A stretch of 63,467 nt of DNA, counting the filler. It is 6 parts of 6 records of this genome, joined end to end, with 100 filler letters (N's around TTAATTAATTAA, not from the genome) between each part and the next. Parts side by side here need not be neighbours in the genome. Positions count along the whole stretch, not along the records: positions 1 to 9,278 come from SRR31156797_8783; positions 9,379 to 16,544 come from SRR31156797_8796; positions 16,645 to 34,655 come from SRR31156797_8799; 3 more parts are not named here. One strand, written 5' to 3'. This document shows, piece by piece, positions 8,965 to 17,919 of this stretch. The notes beneath the pieces are model-generated. The model did not search any database, had not been told where the DNA came from, and saw only the letters and a list, made by a program, of their open reading frames with translations. Numbering within the stretch: the stretch's first letter is position 1; each line of letters opens with the position of its first letter. Position numbers and translations under genes: made by a program.

Positions 8965-9126
8965 ATTAAAAGTTGCTAAATCAAGCTGTTTTTCTGGAAC
9001 TTCAATCTCTTGTCCCACATATACTCCACCTCCACCTAGAGCCTCATTAATTGCTATTGAAACTTTCTTTGCTTCAGCTATTTTTATATCTTCGTCAAGT
9101 AAATATTTTAAATTTAAACGTTTACC
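8965..9126 (-). pseudogene. Fragment of a paralogue of the 1500-3431 oxidoreductase
   Basis: Manual translation GKRLNLKYLLDEDIK-IAEAKKVSIAINEALGGGGVYVGQEIEVPEKQLDLATFN aligns with GQRADYTYLDSDIEI...IAEARKVATSIDKALGGNGIYVGEEINIPERQLNLKTWD of the intact gene; no usable start. Confidence 0.8.
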
Positions 9127-9278
9127 TAATTCAAATTTTGTGCTATACTTATTTCAGATGTTTATAAGAGTCAATTTTGCGTTTTAATATTCGAGTACTT
9201 TTGAGTGACTTTCGTATTGAGAATTAATTTTGAATTTATATCATTAAAAAAAAATACGGAGGTACTTAAATGACAGGT

Positions 9279-9378
9279 NNNNNNNNNNNNNNNNNNNNNN
9301 NNNNNNNNNNNNNNNNNNNNNNTTAATTAATTAANNNNNNNNNNNNNNNNNNNNNNNNNNNNNNNNNNNNNNNNNNNN
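9279..9378. other. Artificial contig spacer
   Basis: 100-nt N run with central TTAATTAATTAA (stops in all frames). Confidence 0.98.
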
Positions 9379-10299
9379 CATCTGATAATAGGAAGATACA
9401 TCAAGCAAGTTCAATGCATTATTGAGAAATCCAATAATAAGAGCACCGAGCAGGGTTCCCATAATGGTTCCCTTGCCGCCCATAAGGCTGGTGCCACCAA
9501 GCACAACCGCCGCAATGGCGTCGAGTTCATATCCATACCCTGCCGTGGGCTGGGCGGACGAAAGACGGGAGGTCACAATCAAACCAGACAATGCCGAAAG
9601 AAAACCGGCGATGGCATAGACCGTGATCTTGATGGTATCCACGTTGATACCAGACAAACGAGTAGCGGATTCATTCCCACCAAGGGCATAGATATACCGG
9701 CCCAGACGGGTGTGATTGAGCAGGTACCACGCTCCGGCAAACGTGACGGCCATAATCCAAATGGGGACGGGAATGCCGAACAAATAGCCGGTTCCAATGT
9801 AGGCGAAAGCGTCAGCAACATCAGTGAACCCAGTGGATATGGGTCGACCATCCGTATAGACAAGCGTCAGCCCTCGAACCATGGTCATGGAAACCAATGT
9901 AGCGATAAACGCCTGCACCTTGCCTTTGGCTATTATGATACCACTTGCCGCGCCGAGCAACGCTCCGGCTCCAAGGGCCGCGCCCACAGCCAAAACAATC
10001 GGCATTTCCGCTGCGATAAGACTCGCGCCAATAGCCCCGCACAGAGCCAACACCGACCCGACGGACAGATCAATGCCAGCCGTCAGAATGACAAGTGTCA
10101 TACCCACGGCCATAATGGCGTTGATGGCCGTCTGCCGCAGAATGTTAAGGATATTGCCCGTGGTAAAAAAGTTGGGATTCAAAAAGGAAACAATGACAAT
10201 CATCACAACAAGCGCAATGAGAGATTTCTGCTGAATCAACCGTTCCTTGATGGATACGGATTGCTCCTGTCCATTTGACATGTTTTTTGCTGCGCTCAT
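9379..10299 (-). CDS. rbsC: Ribose ABC transporter permease (3' truncated)
   Basis: [43 protein letters not shown] motifs; follows rbsD-rbsA. Confidence 0.93.
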
Positions 10300-11798
10300 G
10301 CAGCCTCCTTGCGCGCCCTGCCGATAGCACAGGCCATAAGTTTTTCCTGATCCGCTTCCTGTGCCGTGAATTCGCCGCAGAAACGGCCTTCGTGCATGAC
10401 GGCAATACGATCACTCATGCCGAGAATTTCCGGCATTTCTGATGAAATAAGAATTATACTCATACCTTCTGACTTGAAGGAATTAATCAACTGATAGATT
10501 TCCTTTTTGGCTCCCACATCCACGCCGCGCGTCGGCTCATCAAGAATGAGCACCTTGGGGCGGTCCATAAGTCCCTTGGCAATGGCAACCTTCTGCTGGT
10601 TGCCACCGGACAGATTGCCAACCTCCTGTCTGCGAGAAGGAGTCCTGATATTAAATGCTTTGATGTATTCGTCTGCGGCCCGACGTTCATTGATTTGGTC
10701 GATGTGGCCGATGCCGGAACAGAACTCCGTCAACGCGGTCAGGGTCATGTTCTCCTTGACCGACAGGCCAAGAATCAGGCCGTCCGCCTTTCGATCTTCA
10801 CTGATATAGGCAATACCAGCATCCAGAGCATCACCTGGATTTTTAATATCGAGTTGCTTCCCACCCATTAAAATCTGACCGCCATCTTTGGGATAAGCTC
10901 CATAAATAGCCTTCATCAGTTCGGTCCGCCCTGCGCCCATAAGACCGGATATGCCAAGGATTTCGCCCTCTCGCACAGAAAATGACAGCCCTTCGAGGCG
11001 AGGTCCGATAAGATTTTTGACCTCTAAACTGACCGCCCCCAATTCCACGTCAATACGCGGATACTGTTCTTCCAACCGACGCCCAACCATCATCTCGATA
11101 AGTTCGTCTTCAGTGATATCCGCCACGGAACTTTCACCGATAAACTGCCCGTCACGCAAAACAGTCACATCATCACAAATTTCGAAAATCTCCTTGAGAC
11201 GGTGAGAGATGTAGACCACGCCATGCCCTGATTCGCGCAGTTCACGAATCACGGAAAACAGTGCTTGGGTTTCGGTATCCGTCAGGGTGTCGGTCGGTTC
11301 ATCCATGATGATAACGCGGGATTCGAAGGACAAAGCCTTGGCGATCTCGACCATCTGCTGTTCACCAATCCCCAGCGCTCCAAGCCGTGTGCGAGAAGTC
11401 CGTGTCACCCCGAGTTTAGCGAGCAGTTCGTCAGCCATCCGATACATTTCCTTCCACCGGATATGTCCCAGAAAACCGACCTTTTCGCGGCCCAGAAATA
11501 TGTTTTCGGCAATGGAGAGTTCCGGGAGCAGATTCAATTCCTGATGAATGATACTGATACCCGCTTCCTGTGAAGCACGGGGGCCACTAAAAGTACATTC
11601 TTGGCCCAGATATCGGAGCGTGCCCGCGTCCCGTTTGTAAATACCAGTCAACACTTTCATGAGCGTTGACTTCCCTGCACCATTCTCGCCAACCAGCCCC
11701 ATAACCTTGCCGGGAGTCACCCGTAGATTGACACCATCCAAAGCCTTAACGCCGGGGAAGCTCTTTTCGATGTTCTCAAGTCTGAGCAATTCGTCCAT
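10296..11798 (-). CDS. rbsA: Ribose ABC transporter ATP-binding protein
   Basis: Tandem ABC domains: [32 protein letters not shown]. Confidence 0.95.
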   Translation of the reverse strand: MDELLRLENIEKSFPGVKALDGVNLRVTPGKVMGLVGENGAGKSTLMKVLTGIYKRDAGTLRYLGQECTFSGPRASQEAGISIIHQELNLLPELSIAENIFLGREKVGFLGHIRWKEMYRMADELLAKLGVTRTSRTRLGALGIGEQQMVEIAKALSFESRVIIMDEPTDTLTDTETQALFSVIRELRESGHGVVYISHRLKEIFEICDDVTVLRDGQFIGESSVADITEDELIEMMVGRRLEEQYPRIDVELGAVSLEVKNLIGPRLEGLSFSVREGEILGISGLMGAGRTELMKAIYGAYPKDGGQILMGGKQLDIKNPGDALDAGIAYISEDRKADGLILGLSVKENMTLTALTEFCSGIGHIDQINERRAADEYIKAFNIRTPSRRQEVGNLSGGNQQKVAIAKGLMDRPKVLILDEPTRGVDVGAKKEIYQLINSFKSEGMSIILISSEMPEILGMSDRIAVMHEGRFCGEFTAQEADQEKLMACAIGRARKEAA

Positions 11799-11809
11799 AA
11801 TTCTCTCCG

Positions 11810-12229
11810 CTAAAAAGCGACGCCTGCCTTGATGGTGACATTGGCGTACGGGGTAAACTCTCCTGTCCGCACAATGGCGACACTCTCTCGCGTATTCTTT
11901 TTGAAAACTTCATGACTTACATAACTCACAGGAATGGGTTTGCCACGCTCCGTTTCAACAGAACGCAAAAAATAAAGTAATTCCCTATGTAAATCAGGAC
12001 TGACGCTCTTAAATTCCTCGGCAAGTTCCACTCCCTGAACTTCCATTTCAGAAATAATGGTTTTGACCACATCCATAAAAGGCGGAACCCCTTCAGTCAC
12101 CGCCAGATCAATGCGCTGTACGTCTGAGGGAATGGGTAACCCTGCGTCGCAGATGGTCAATCCGTCAAAATGGCCGAGACTGGCCACGACATATGATACT
12201 TCCGCGTTAATAAGTTTTGAATTTTTCAT
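11810..12229 (-). CDS. rbsD: D-ribose pyranase
   Basis: 139 aa from ATG 12229; [32 protein letters not shown] motifs. Confidence 0.95.
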   Translation of the reverse strand: MKNSKLINAEVSYVVASLGHFDGLTICDAGLPIPSDVQRIDLAVTEGVPPFMDVVKTIISEMEVQGVELAEEFKSVSPDLHRELLYFLRSVETERGKPIPVSYVSHEVFKKNTRESVAIVRTGEFTPYANVTIKAGVAF

Positions 12230-12288
12230 TTTTCCACCGTGGCGCCTATGCGCCGGTTGCCGTGCAAAGTCACCCGCTTGTAACACGA

Positions 12289-12316
12289 ATCGAAACGTTT
12301 GCGCAAACGTTTCGAT
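12289..12316. promoter_or_regulatory. Tandem RbsR/LacI-type operator
   Basis: Perfect 28-bp palindrome ATCGAAACGTTTGCGCAAACGTTTCGAT containing two AAACGTTT cores, 60 nt upstream of rbsD. Confidence 0.85.
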
Positions 12317-12544
12317 GGCGATAACAATACACATCTGTGACGGCTTGATTTGCTTGAAAAAAAACCAAAAAACACTTTTGAAAATTGAACTACACTCATT
12401 CAAAAGTAAAAAATGATCCCATGAAAGCAGTGTGAAAACCGGGGGAAATACGATTGATTTGATTCATGCGAATTGCCTCCGTAAAGAAAGGATACAAGGG
12501 AAACGATGTGCGGCTCCCATACCGCGACACCGGGAGGAACAATC

Positions 12545-13324
12545 ATGGATTCTTTCAATTACGAAATACACGAATACAAAGCGGGCTTTGCTCGGACACC
12601 AATCAAGTCCATCCGTGAGGTACCGCTGACAATTCACCTCAACGGAAAAGAAGTCGTGACATTGCTGTGCACGGCCAAGCATCCTGAATATTTGGCTATA
12701 GGCTTTCTCAAATCCGACGCATTCCTATCCAGCCCGGACCAGATCACGGATTTGACAGTCCGTGACGAAGGCGACCGTCTGCTGGCGGAAGTGGAAACCT
12801 GTCACGACCCGTGGAAAAATCGTATTCTGGAACGCTCCATCACCTCCGGTTGTGGCAAAGGCACTAACTTCGGACGCAATACGGCCACGATTTCCAAACG
12901 TCGTGTAAATGGTGATGTCAAAGTCACTCCTGAACAAATTCTCTCGCTGGCAAAGCAACTGCACGAACGTTCCACCTTGTACAACGCCACGCGCGGTTGT
13001 CACAATTCCTCTCTGTGCACCCCAGACGAAATGCTGCTTTTCCGAGAAGATATAGGGCGTCACAACGCCATCGACATGATCTGCGGCCAGTGTTTTCTGG
13101 ACGACGTCTCCGTGGATGACAAACTCATCGTCTCCACCGGTCGCATCGCCTCGGAAATCCTGCTCAAGGTTATCCGCATCGGCGTGCCCATCCTCGCCTC
13201 CACAGCCGTCGCCACAAGTTTTTCCGTAGAACTTGCACGCAAAACCGGCATCACCCTCATTGGCAACATCAAGGACGATAGCTTCTGGGTCTATAATGAT
13301 AACAAACGAATCATCGGTTTTTAA
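12545..13324 (+). CDS. fdhD: Formate dehydrogenase accessory sulfurtransferase
   Basis: EVPLTIHLNG, TSGCG, TRGCH, EDIGRHNAID motifs; GGAGG RBS before ATG 12545. Confidence 0.93.
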   Translation: MDSFNYEIHEYKAGFARTPIKSIREVPLTIHLNGKEVVTLLCTAKHPEYLAIGFLKSDAFLSSPDQITDLTVRDEGDRLLAEVETCHDPWKNRILERSITSGCGKGTNFGRNTATISKRRVNGDVKVTPEQILSLAKQLHERSTLYNATRGCHNSSLCTPDEMLLFREDIGRHNAIDMICGQCFLDDVSVDDKLIVSTGRIASEILLKVIRIGVPILASTAVATSFSVELARKTGITLIGNIKDDSFWVYNDNKRIIGF

Positions 13325-13405
13325 AAACATCAAACCAACGTCTGTAATAAAAACAACTCACAACAACTTGCCAGGACGTCGCAATCAGTGCCTGTTTTTC
13401 TCGAA

Positions 13406-13420
13406 ATAGGGTAAATCTAT
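13406..13420. promoter_or_regulatory. Candidate LysR-type binding site upstream of fdhE
   Basis: ATAG-N7-CTAT (T-N11-A dyad). Confidence 0.35.
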
Positions 13421-13651
13421 AGAAACATCGCCTTTCTATCGACTTTTTTCACATCTTCGGAACATACTGAATTGTAGACCTTTTTAGCTCGCTTTATGCT
13501 CAAAAAGACATAATTTCTTTAAAAATTTATCCTTCTATTTCGAATAGATGTGCATTTCTTGTGTCAAAGCTTGAGTAAGTTTCAAGCCTTTGGCATCATA
13601 GACAGGCGCCCATACTGTTTTTCGTAACCGAACAATCAAAAAGGACGCACC

Positions 13652-14539
13652 ATGGAATTTAATGTGGAACAATATCAACGGCGGCTTGAAAAGAAGATCA
13701 CCCAGTTGAAAGGCAAGTCCTATATTTCCGAGGAACTCGTGAACTTGCTGGCCGACGTGGCTCGACTGCAGTTGACGGCGCGCATTGACGCAACCGTGGT
13801 GCTGCCGGACGACAGTGAACTGGCCCCGCCGGAAGCTGTGTTTCAGGGCATGTCTCTAATCGGACGCGAAATGTTTCCCCACGACAGCGCTCAGGCCGCG
13901 AATCTCCTGCTTGATCTTATCGCCCTGCTTGAAAAGACCGGCGGTCCTTTGGGCGATGGAGCCAAGATTGTGGCCAAAGCCATGGAAGACGGCGAATTCT
14001 CTCCTGCGGAGTTATTCGACAAATTCCTTAATGACGACACGAAATTCTTTGCTTCCTGGGCTGAACGGACACCGGATGCACCCAAAACCATTGCATTCCT
14101 TGCCTTTGCATCGCTTGGCCCGTCCATCGAAGCTGCGGCCGATATTCTGGCCGGAAAGTTGCCGGAAATGAAGGTACCGGAAGTAGGCACCTGCCCCATC
14201 TGTGGTAGCCTGCCGCTCATCTCCTCTCTCAAAGAGAAAGAAGGATACCGTCACGCCACCTGTTCGTTCTGTCGTCATGAGTACAGGATAAAACGCATTG
14301 CCTGCCCGGTCTGTGGTGAAGACGACCAGAAAAAGCTGACATTCTTTACCGTGGATGAAGAACCGGGATTCCGCGTGGACGTCTGTGAATCCTGCAAGAC
14401 CTATATCAAGACCATTGACTTTCGAAATCTGGACCGTGTAGCCGTACCTGTTCTTGATGATCTGGATTCTTTGGCGCTTGACTATGTTGCTGCAGGTCAG
14501 GGATACAAGCGCGCAACGCTTTCTGCTTGGGGATTCTAA
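13652..14539 (+). CDS. fdhE: Formate dehydrogenase maturation protein
   Basis: CPICG, CSFC, CPVCG and CESCKTYIK Cys pairs; C-terminal DDLDSLALD. Confidence 0.93.
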   Translation: MEFNVEQYQRRLEKKITQLKGKSYISEELVNLLADVARLQLTARIDATVVLPDDSELAPPEAVFQGMSLIGREMFPHDSAQAANLLLDLIALLEKTGGPLGDGAKIVAKAMEDGEFSPAELFDKFLNDDTKFFASWAERTPDAPKTIAFLAFASLGPSIEAAADILAGKLPEMKVPEVGTCPICGSLPLISSLKEKEGYRHATCSFCRHEYRIKRIACPVCGEDDQKKLTFFTVDEEPGFRVDVCESCKTYIKTIDFRNLDRVAVPVLDDLDSLALDYVAAGQGYKRATLSAWGF

Positions 14540-14552
14540 CAAAGAGGTGACC

Positions 14553-15482
14553 ATGTCAGCCTTAAACTCAAACATCATGCACAAGACATCGCATATCATA
14601 CCCGCAGACTGTGCGCCGGACATTGCCGGTGGATTCAATGCGCTCCTGCATGACGACAAAAAAGCACGGGACTACCTGCTTGAGTTGACATGGCCCACAG
14701 GCGATCCTTTCTGCCCAAGATGTGGTCACCGCAAAGTCTACACTCTGTCCGGCGAACGACTTCGGTGTGCCAGTTGCAAATACACCTTCCAGCCATTTTC
14801 CGGTCGGTGGATCAACAATGGCGCACTCAGTCCTTCCGAATGGCTCCGACTTATCGTCCTGTTCGTGCAGGAATGTTCGGTTCATCAGATGAAGGATCAA
14901 CTCGGACTGTCGTATAATACTGTATATAAAGCCCTGACCGCCATCAGGTTCGCCATCCTCGGCCACGCGCTGGATGCACGGCAGCTCATCAGCTCGGCAA
15001 CCGGACTTGATTCATATCTTAAAGGCAACCGACTGACTGGTGGCCCGCGGGATATGCACATGGACACTATCCCGGTCTACGGCATCCTGCGCCGTGACGA
15101 CATTGTCTTCATCGACCTTGTGCCGGGTTTTCAAGCAGAAACACTGTTCCACTTCCACATGAACTTTCACCTGAAGCTCATTCGTACCGGCAATCTCGTC
15201 TACACGGACAGATACAAGGATTACGACACGCTCATTTTCTGTGGCAACGATTCACTCCCTTACGAGATCATCCGCCGCTATGACGAACCACCGCACATCG
15301 ACGCGGTGCATGACGAATTCTGGGACTATGCCCAATCCCGAATCAAGAAATTTCGCGGTATATCCTGCCAACGATTTCCTCTCTATATGAAGGAACTCGA
15401 ATTCCGATTCAACAACCGTGATAAATCCATCGCCGAAATACTGGCCGCGTACCTATGCGCACTGGTGCCCACACAGGAATAA
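14553..15482 (+). CDS. IS1595 (ISXO2/IS1016-like) transposase-derived protein, possibly domesticated
   Basis: Zn ribbon CPRCG...CASCKYTF, HTH-like LGLSYNTV, PVYGIL, VYTD, KFRGI...ELEFRFNNR; AGAGG RBS; ATG 13 nt after the fdhE stop. Confidence 0.8.
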   Translation: MSALNSNIMHKTSHIIPADCAPDIAGGFNALLHDDKKARDYLLELTWPTGDPFCPRCGHRKVYTLSGERLRCASCKYTFQPFSGRWINNGALSPSEWLRLIVLFVQECSVHQMKDQLGLSYNTVYKALTAIRFAILGHALDARQLISSATGLDSYLKGNRLTGGPRDMHMDTIPVYGILRRDDIVFIDLVPGFQAETLFHFHMNFHLKLIRTGNLVYTDRYKDYDTLIFCGNDSLPYEIIRRYDEPPHIDAVHDEFWDYAQSRIKKFRGISCQRFPLYMKELEFRFNNRDKSIAEILAAYLCALVPTQE

Positions 15483-15682
15483 AGCCCTTTTGGTGTTAAA
15501 CCATGGGGCAGATATCATTTTATGTCCATTTTGACATAAAGCATTAATCTTTATTTCAACCACTTACGTAAAACCCCTTCTAATGGGGCTGTGTGAAAGT
15601 CGGTAAAAGACCGATTCTTTTGAACTGTTCTCTCCAATCCCCCATAACAGGGATAACGGAATTAACTGGGAGAGGTACGCTT

Positions 15683-15913
15683 ATGCGTTTTTCACACAAC
15701 CATTCGTCGGCTGCAAACGCGACAAGTCCAATGCCCTTCGGCGGCCTTGGATTTGCCACGGACAGTGTCCATGCGGCGGCGCAGGGAATGATCCTGACAC
15801 CTCTCTGTCATTACGACAGATCAGGAACCAACCTGCCCGCCCCGGACCAAATCACGCAGCCAAGCGGCTATGAGTTACTCGTGACTTTAGGTTGCGAGAT
15901 TCGCGGGCGATGA
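15683..15913 (+). CDS. Small hypothetical protein (76 aa) directly upstream of fdhA
   Basis: GGAGAGG RBS before ATG; ends 25 nt before the fdhA start. Confidence 0.5.
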   Translation: MRFSHNHSSAANATSPMPFGGLGFATDSVHAAAQGMILTPLCHYDRSGTNLPAPDQITQPSGYELLVTLGCEIRGR

Positions 15914-15938
15914 CCCGCACTCAACTTTAGGAGGTCGA

Positions 15939-16544
15939 ATGCATACTAACCGAAGGAACTTCCTCAAGCTCTCCGCTGTCGCGGCCACGGCCACGGCTTT
16001 TGGCGGACTCGGGCTTGGCTGTACAGCGAAAAAGGCACCCATTGCCGATCGCGCCGAAGCCATGAAGCCCAAGTGGAGCAAACAGACAACGACTATCTGC
16101 TGCTACTGTGCAGTGGGTTGCGGTCTCGTCGTCAACACATCCCTCAAGGACAAGCGGGCCATCAACGTCGAAGGTGACCCGGATCATCCCATCAATGAAG
16201 GTTCTCTGTGTGCCAAGGGCGCATCCATCTGGCAGTTGGCTGAAAATGACCGCCGCCCGGATTCCGTCCTGTACAGAGCTCCCTATTCCAAAGAATTCAC
16301 CAAAGTCTCCTTGAGCTGGGCACTGGAAAAAATCGCCCACAACGTCAAGAAAAGCCGTGACGAAACTTTCACCTACAAGAATGCGAAAGGCCAAGTGGTC
16401 AATCGCTGCGACGGTATCGCTTCAGTCGGTTCCGCCGCTCTCGACAACGAGGAGTGCTGGGCTTACCAGACGATGCTCCGCAGCCTTGGTCTGGTGTATG
16501 TGGAACACCAGGCTCGTATTTGACACAGCGCAACTGTTGCGGCT
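15939..16544 (+). CDS. fdhA: Periplasmic Mo/W formate dehydrogenase alpha subunit, selenocysteine-containing (3' truncated)
   Basis: Tat signal NRRNFLK; CCYCAVGC and LCAKG 4Fe-4S motif; in-frame TGA at 16521-16523 in HQARI-U-HSATVAA, the Sec ligand position. Confidence 0.95.
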
Positions 16545-16644
16545 NNNNNNNNNNNNNNNNNNNNNNNNNNNNNNNNNNNNNNNNNNNNTTAATTAATTAA
16601 NNNNNNNNNNNNNNNNNNNNNNNNNNNNNNNNNNNNNNNNNNNN
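16545..16644. other. Artificial contig spacer
   Basis: 100-nt N run with TTAATTAATTAA. Confidence 0.98.
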
Positions 16645-17184
16645 TTTGGTAAACCCCAGGTCAATGACATTGCCCTCCCTGTAGGCGCTCATTCCGTATG
16701 CCTGCATCATCCAGACCCCTAATTTTGAAGACAATAGCCTGAGGCCAAAAGTCAGTTTTACATTCAAAAAATTAGGCAGGGGAAACATGGCCAGAGAAAG
16801 GCAGATAGGAAACCAGACCGTTTTCAGCCGCTCCATGCCCCCATAAATCCAACACAATCCCACGGCAACCATCCAAAAAGAGAGGTAAAGCATGAAATAC
16901 TCTCCGGCCAACTCCCCTATCCAAAAAAGGCTGATTCCCGGAATTAAAAGGAGGAACCCCTGCCATTCCGCTCTGCCCGGTTTTGAAAAAAAAACCGTCT
17001 TCCTCTCCCAGAGCAGGTATAAAACGATAAAGGGCATGAGCATGCCGTGGGAATAATCATCCCTTGTCCAGTCATGACGGACGAGGTATTCCAATGGTGA
17101 ATAATAAATCCCGAGGCAGATCATCCCCAGTACAAAAGGCAGGATACTCCGCCCATCCAAGTATCGTTTTATCTTAAAAATCAT
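16645..17184 (-). CDS. Exosortase (XrtD/EpsH-like), 3' truncated
   Basis: W-x-x-DDYSHG, MFPLP, REGNVIDLG motifs; ATGA overlap with the upstream stop. Confidence 0.85.
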
Positions 17185-17915
17185 CGCATACATTTCGCGA
17201 CGGCCACCTGGGCCGCAAACAAGGGTAATTTAATCTGGCGCCGGATCCGGGCGGGCTCTGCCATCAACCGATAGAACCATTCCAGACCGGATTTGCAAAA
17301 AAACTCCGGCGCCCTTGCCACCCGCCCCGACACCACGTCAAGGGAGCCGCCGATCCCCTGGCAGACCCGGACATGTTTCAGGCGACCGGAATTTCTGGCA
17401 ATCCAAAGTTCCTGCCTGGGAGAGCCCAGGGCAAGGAAGAGAATCTCAGCCTCTGATTCATTTATCCTGTCAATTAGTTCGCCTGCCCGGCTTTCCGCCA
17501 GATAACCGTTCTGCCGTCCTACGATCTTCAGTGAGGGGTGTCTGTTCAATAATTCTTCCGACGCAGCCCTGTTCACCTCTTCCCGGGCTCCGTACAGGAA
17601 GATCTTATATCCTTTATCAGCGGCCAGGCCACAGATATTCTGCATAAGTTCGCATCCGGGAACCCGGGAGACCGATGCGTTGTAAAGCCAGTTAGCGGCC
17701 CAGACCATTCCGATCCCGTCCGGAATCAGGAGATCGGCCCTTTTGAACATTTTGTACAGAAACCGGTCCTTGGGCACAGAATAATTTTTTTCAGGATTCG
17801 AGGCAAAAACCGTATGGACCCTGTTGCCGGTCTCAACAAACTCGACAACCCTGCCCAATGCCCGGTTCATATCACAGTCATCAATCCATATGTTCAATAT
17901 TGGAAACCGCTGCAT
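17181..17915 (-). CDS. WecB/TagA/CpsF-family glycosyltransferase
   Basis: NPEK, PDGIG, RVPGCEL, ALGSPRQE, GIGGSLD, RAP, LEWFYRL motifs. Confidence 0.93.
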   Translation of the reverse strand: MQRFPILNIWIDDCDMNRALGRVVEFVETGNRVHTVFASNPEKNYSVPKDRFLYKMFKRADLLIPDGIGMVWAANWLYNASVSRVPGCELMQNICGLAADKGYKIFLYGAREEVNRAASEELLNRHPSLKIVGRQNGYLAESRAGELIDRINESEAEILFLALGSPRQELWIARNSGRLKHVRVCQGIGGSLDVVSGRVARAPEFFCKSGLEWFYRLMAEPARIRRQIKLPLFAAQVAVAKCMR

Positions 17916-17919
17916 ATCA

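Noticed and set aside
8879-9187. 102-aa plus-strand ORF with a poly-Pro stretch
   Set aside because: Antisense shadow of the oxidoreductase pseudogene fragment (poly-Gly on the other strand).
9258-9278. GGAGG RBS plus ATG ACA GGT, possibly a cold-shock protein start (MTG...)
   Set aside because: Only three codons before the gap; cannot be assigned.
9323-9334. TTAATTAATTAA palindrome recurring five times
   Set aside because: Always centred in a 100-nt N spacer; an artificial all-frame stop linker.
14529-15590. GGGG/AGCCC/GGGGCT stretches as IS1016-like terminal repeats around the transposase-like gene
   Set aside because: Left and right candidates match poorly, the left lies within fdhE codons, and the GGGGCTG copy is downstream in the wrong orientation.
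15644-15658. ATAACAGGGATAAC resembling part of an I-SceI site
   Set aside because: Partial match only and no homing endonuclease context; likely chance.
15911-15913. TGA of the small ORF before fdhA as a second Sec codon
   Set aside because: Readthrough gives only a short tail that is out of frame with fdhA, and no SECIS-like hairpin is evident.
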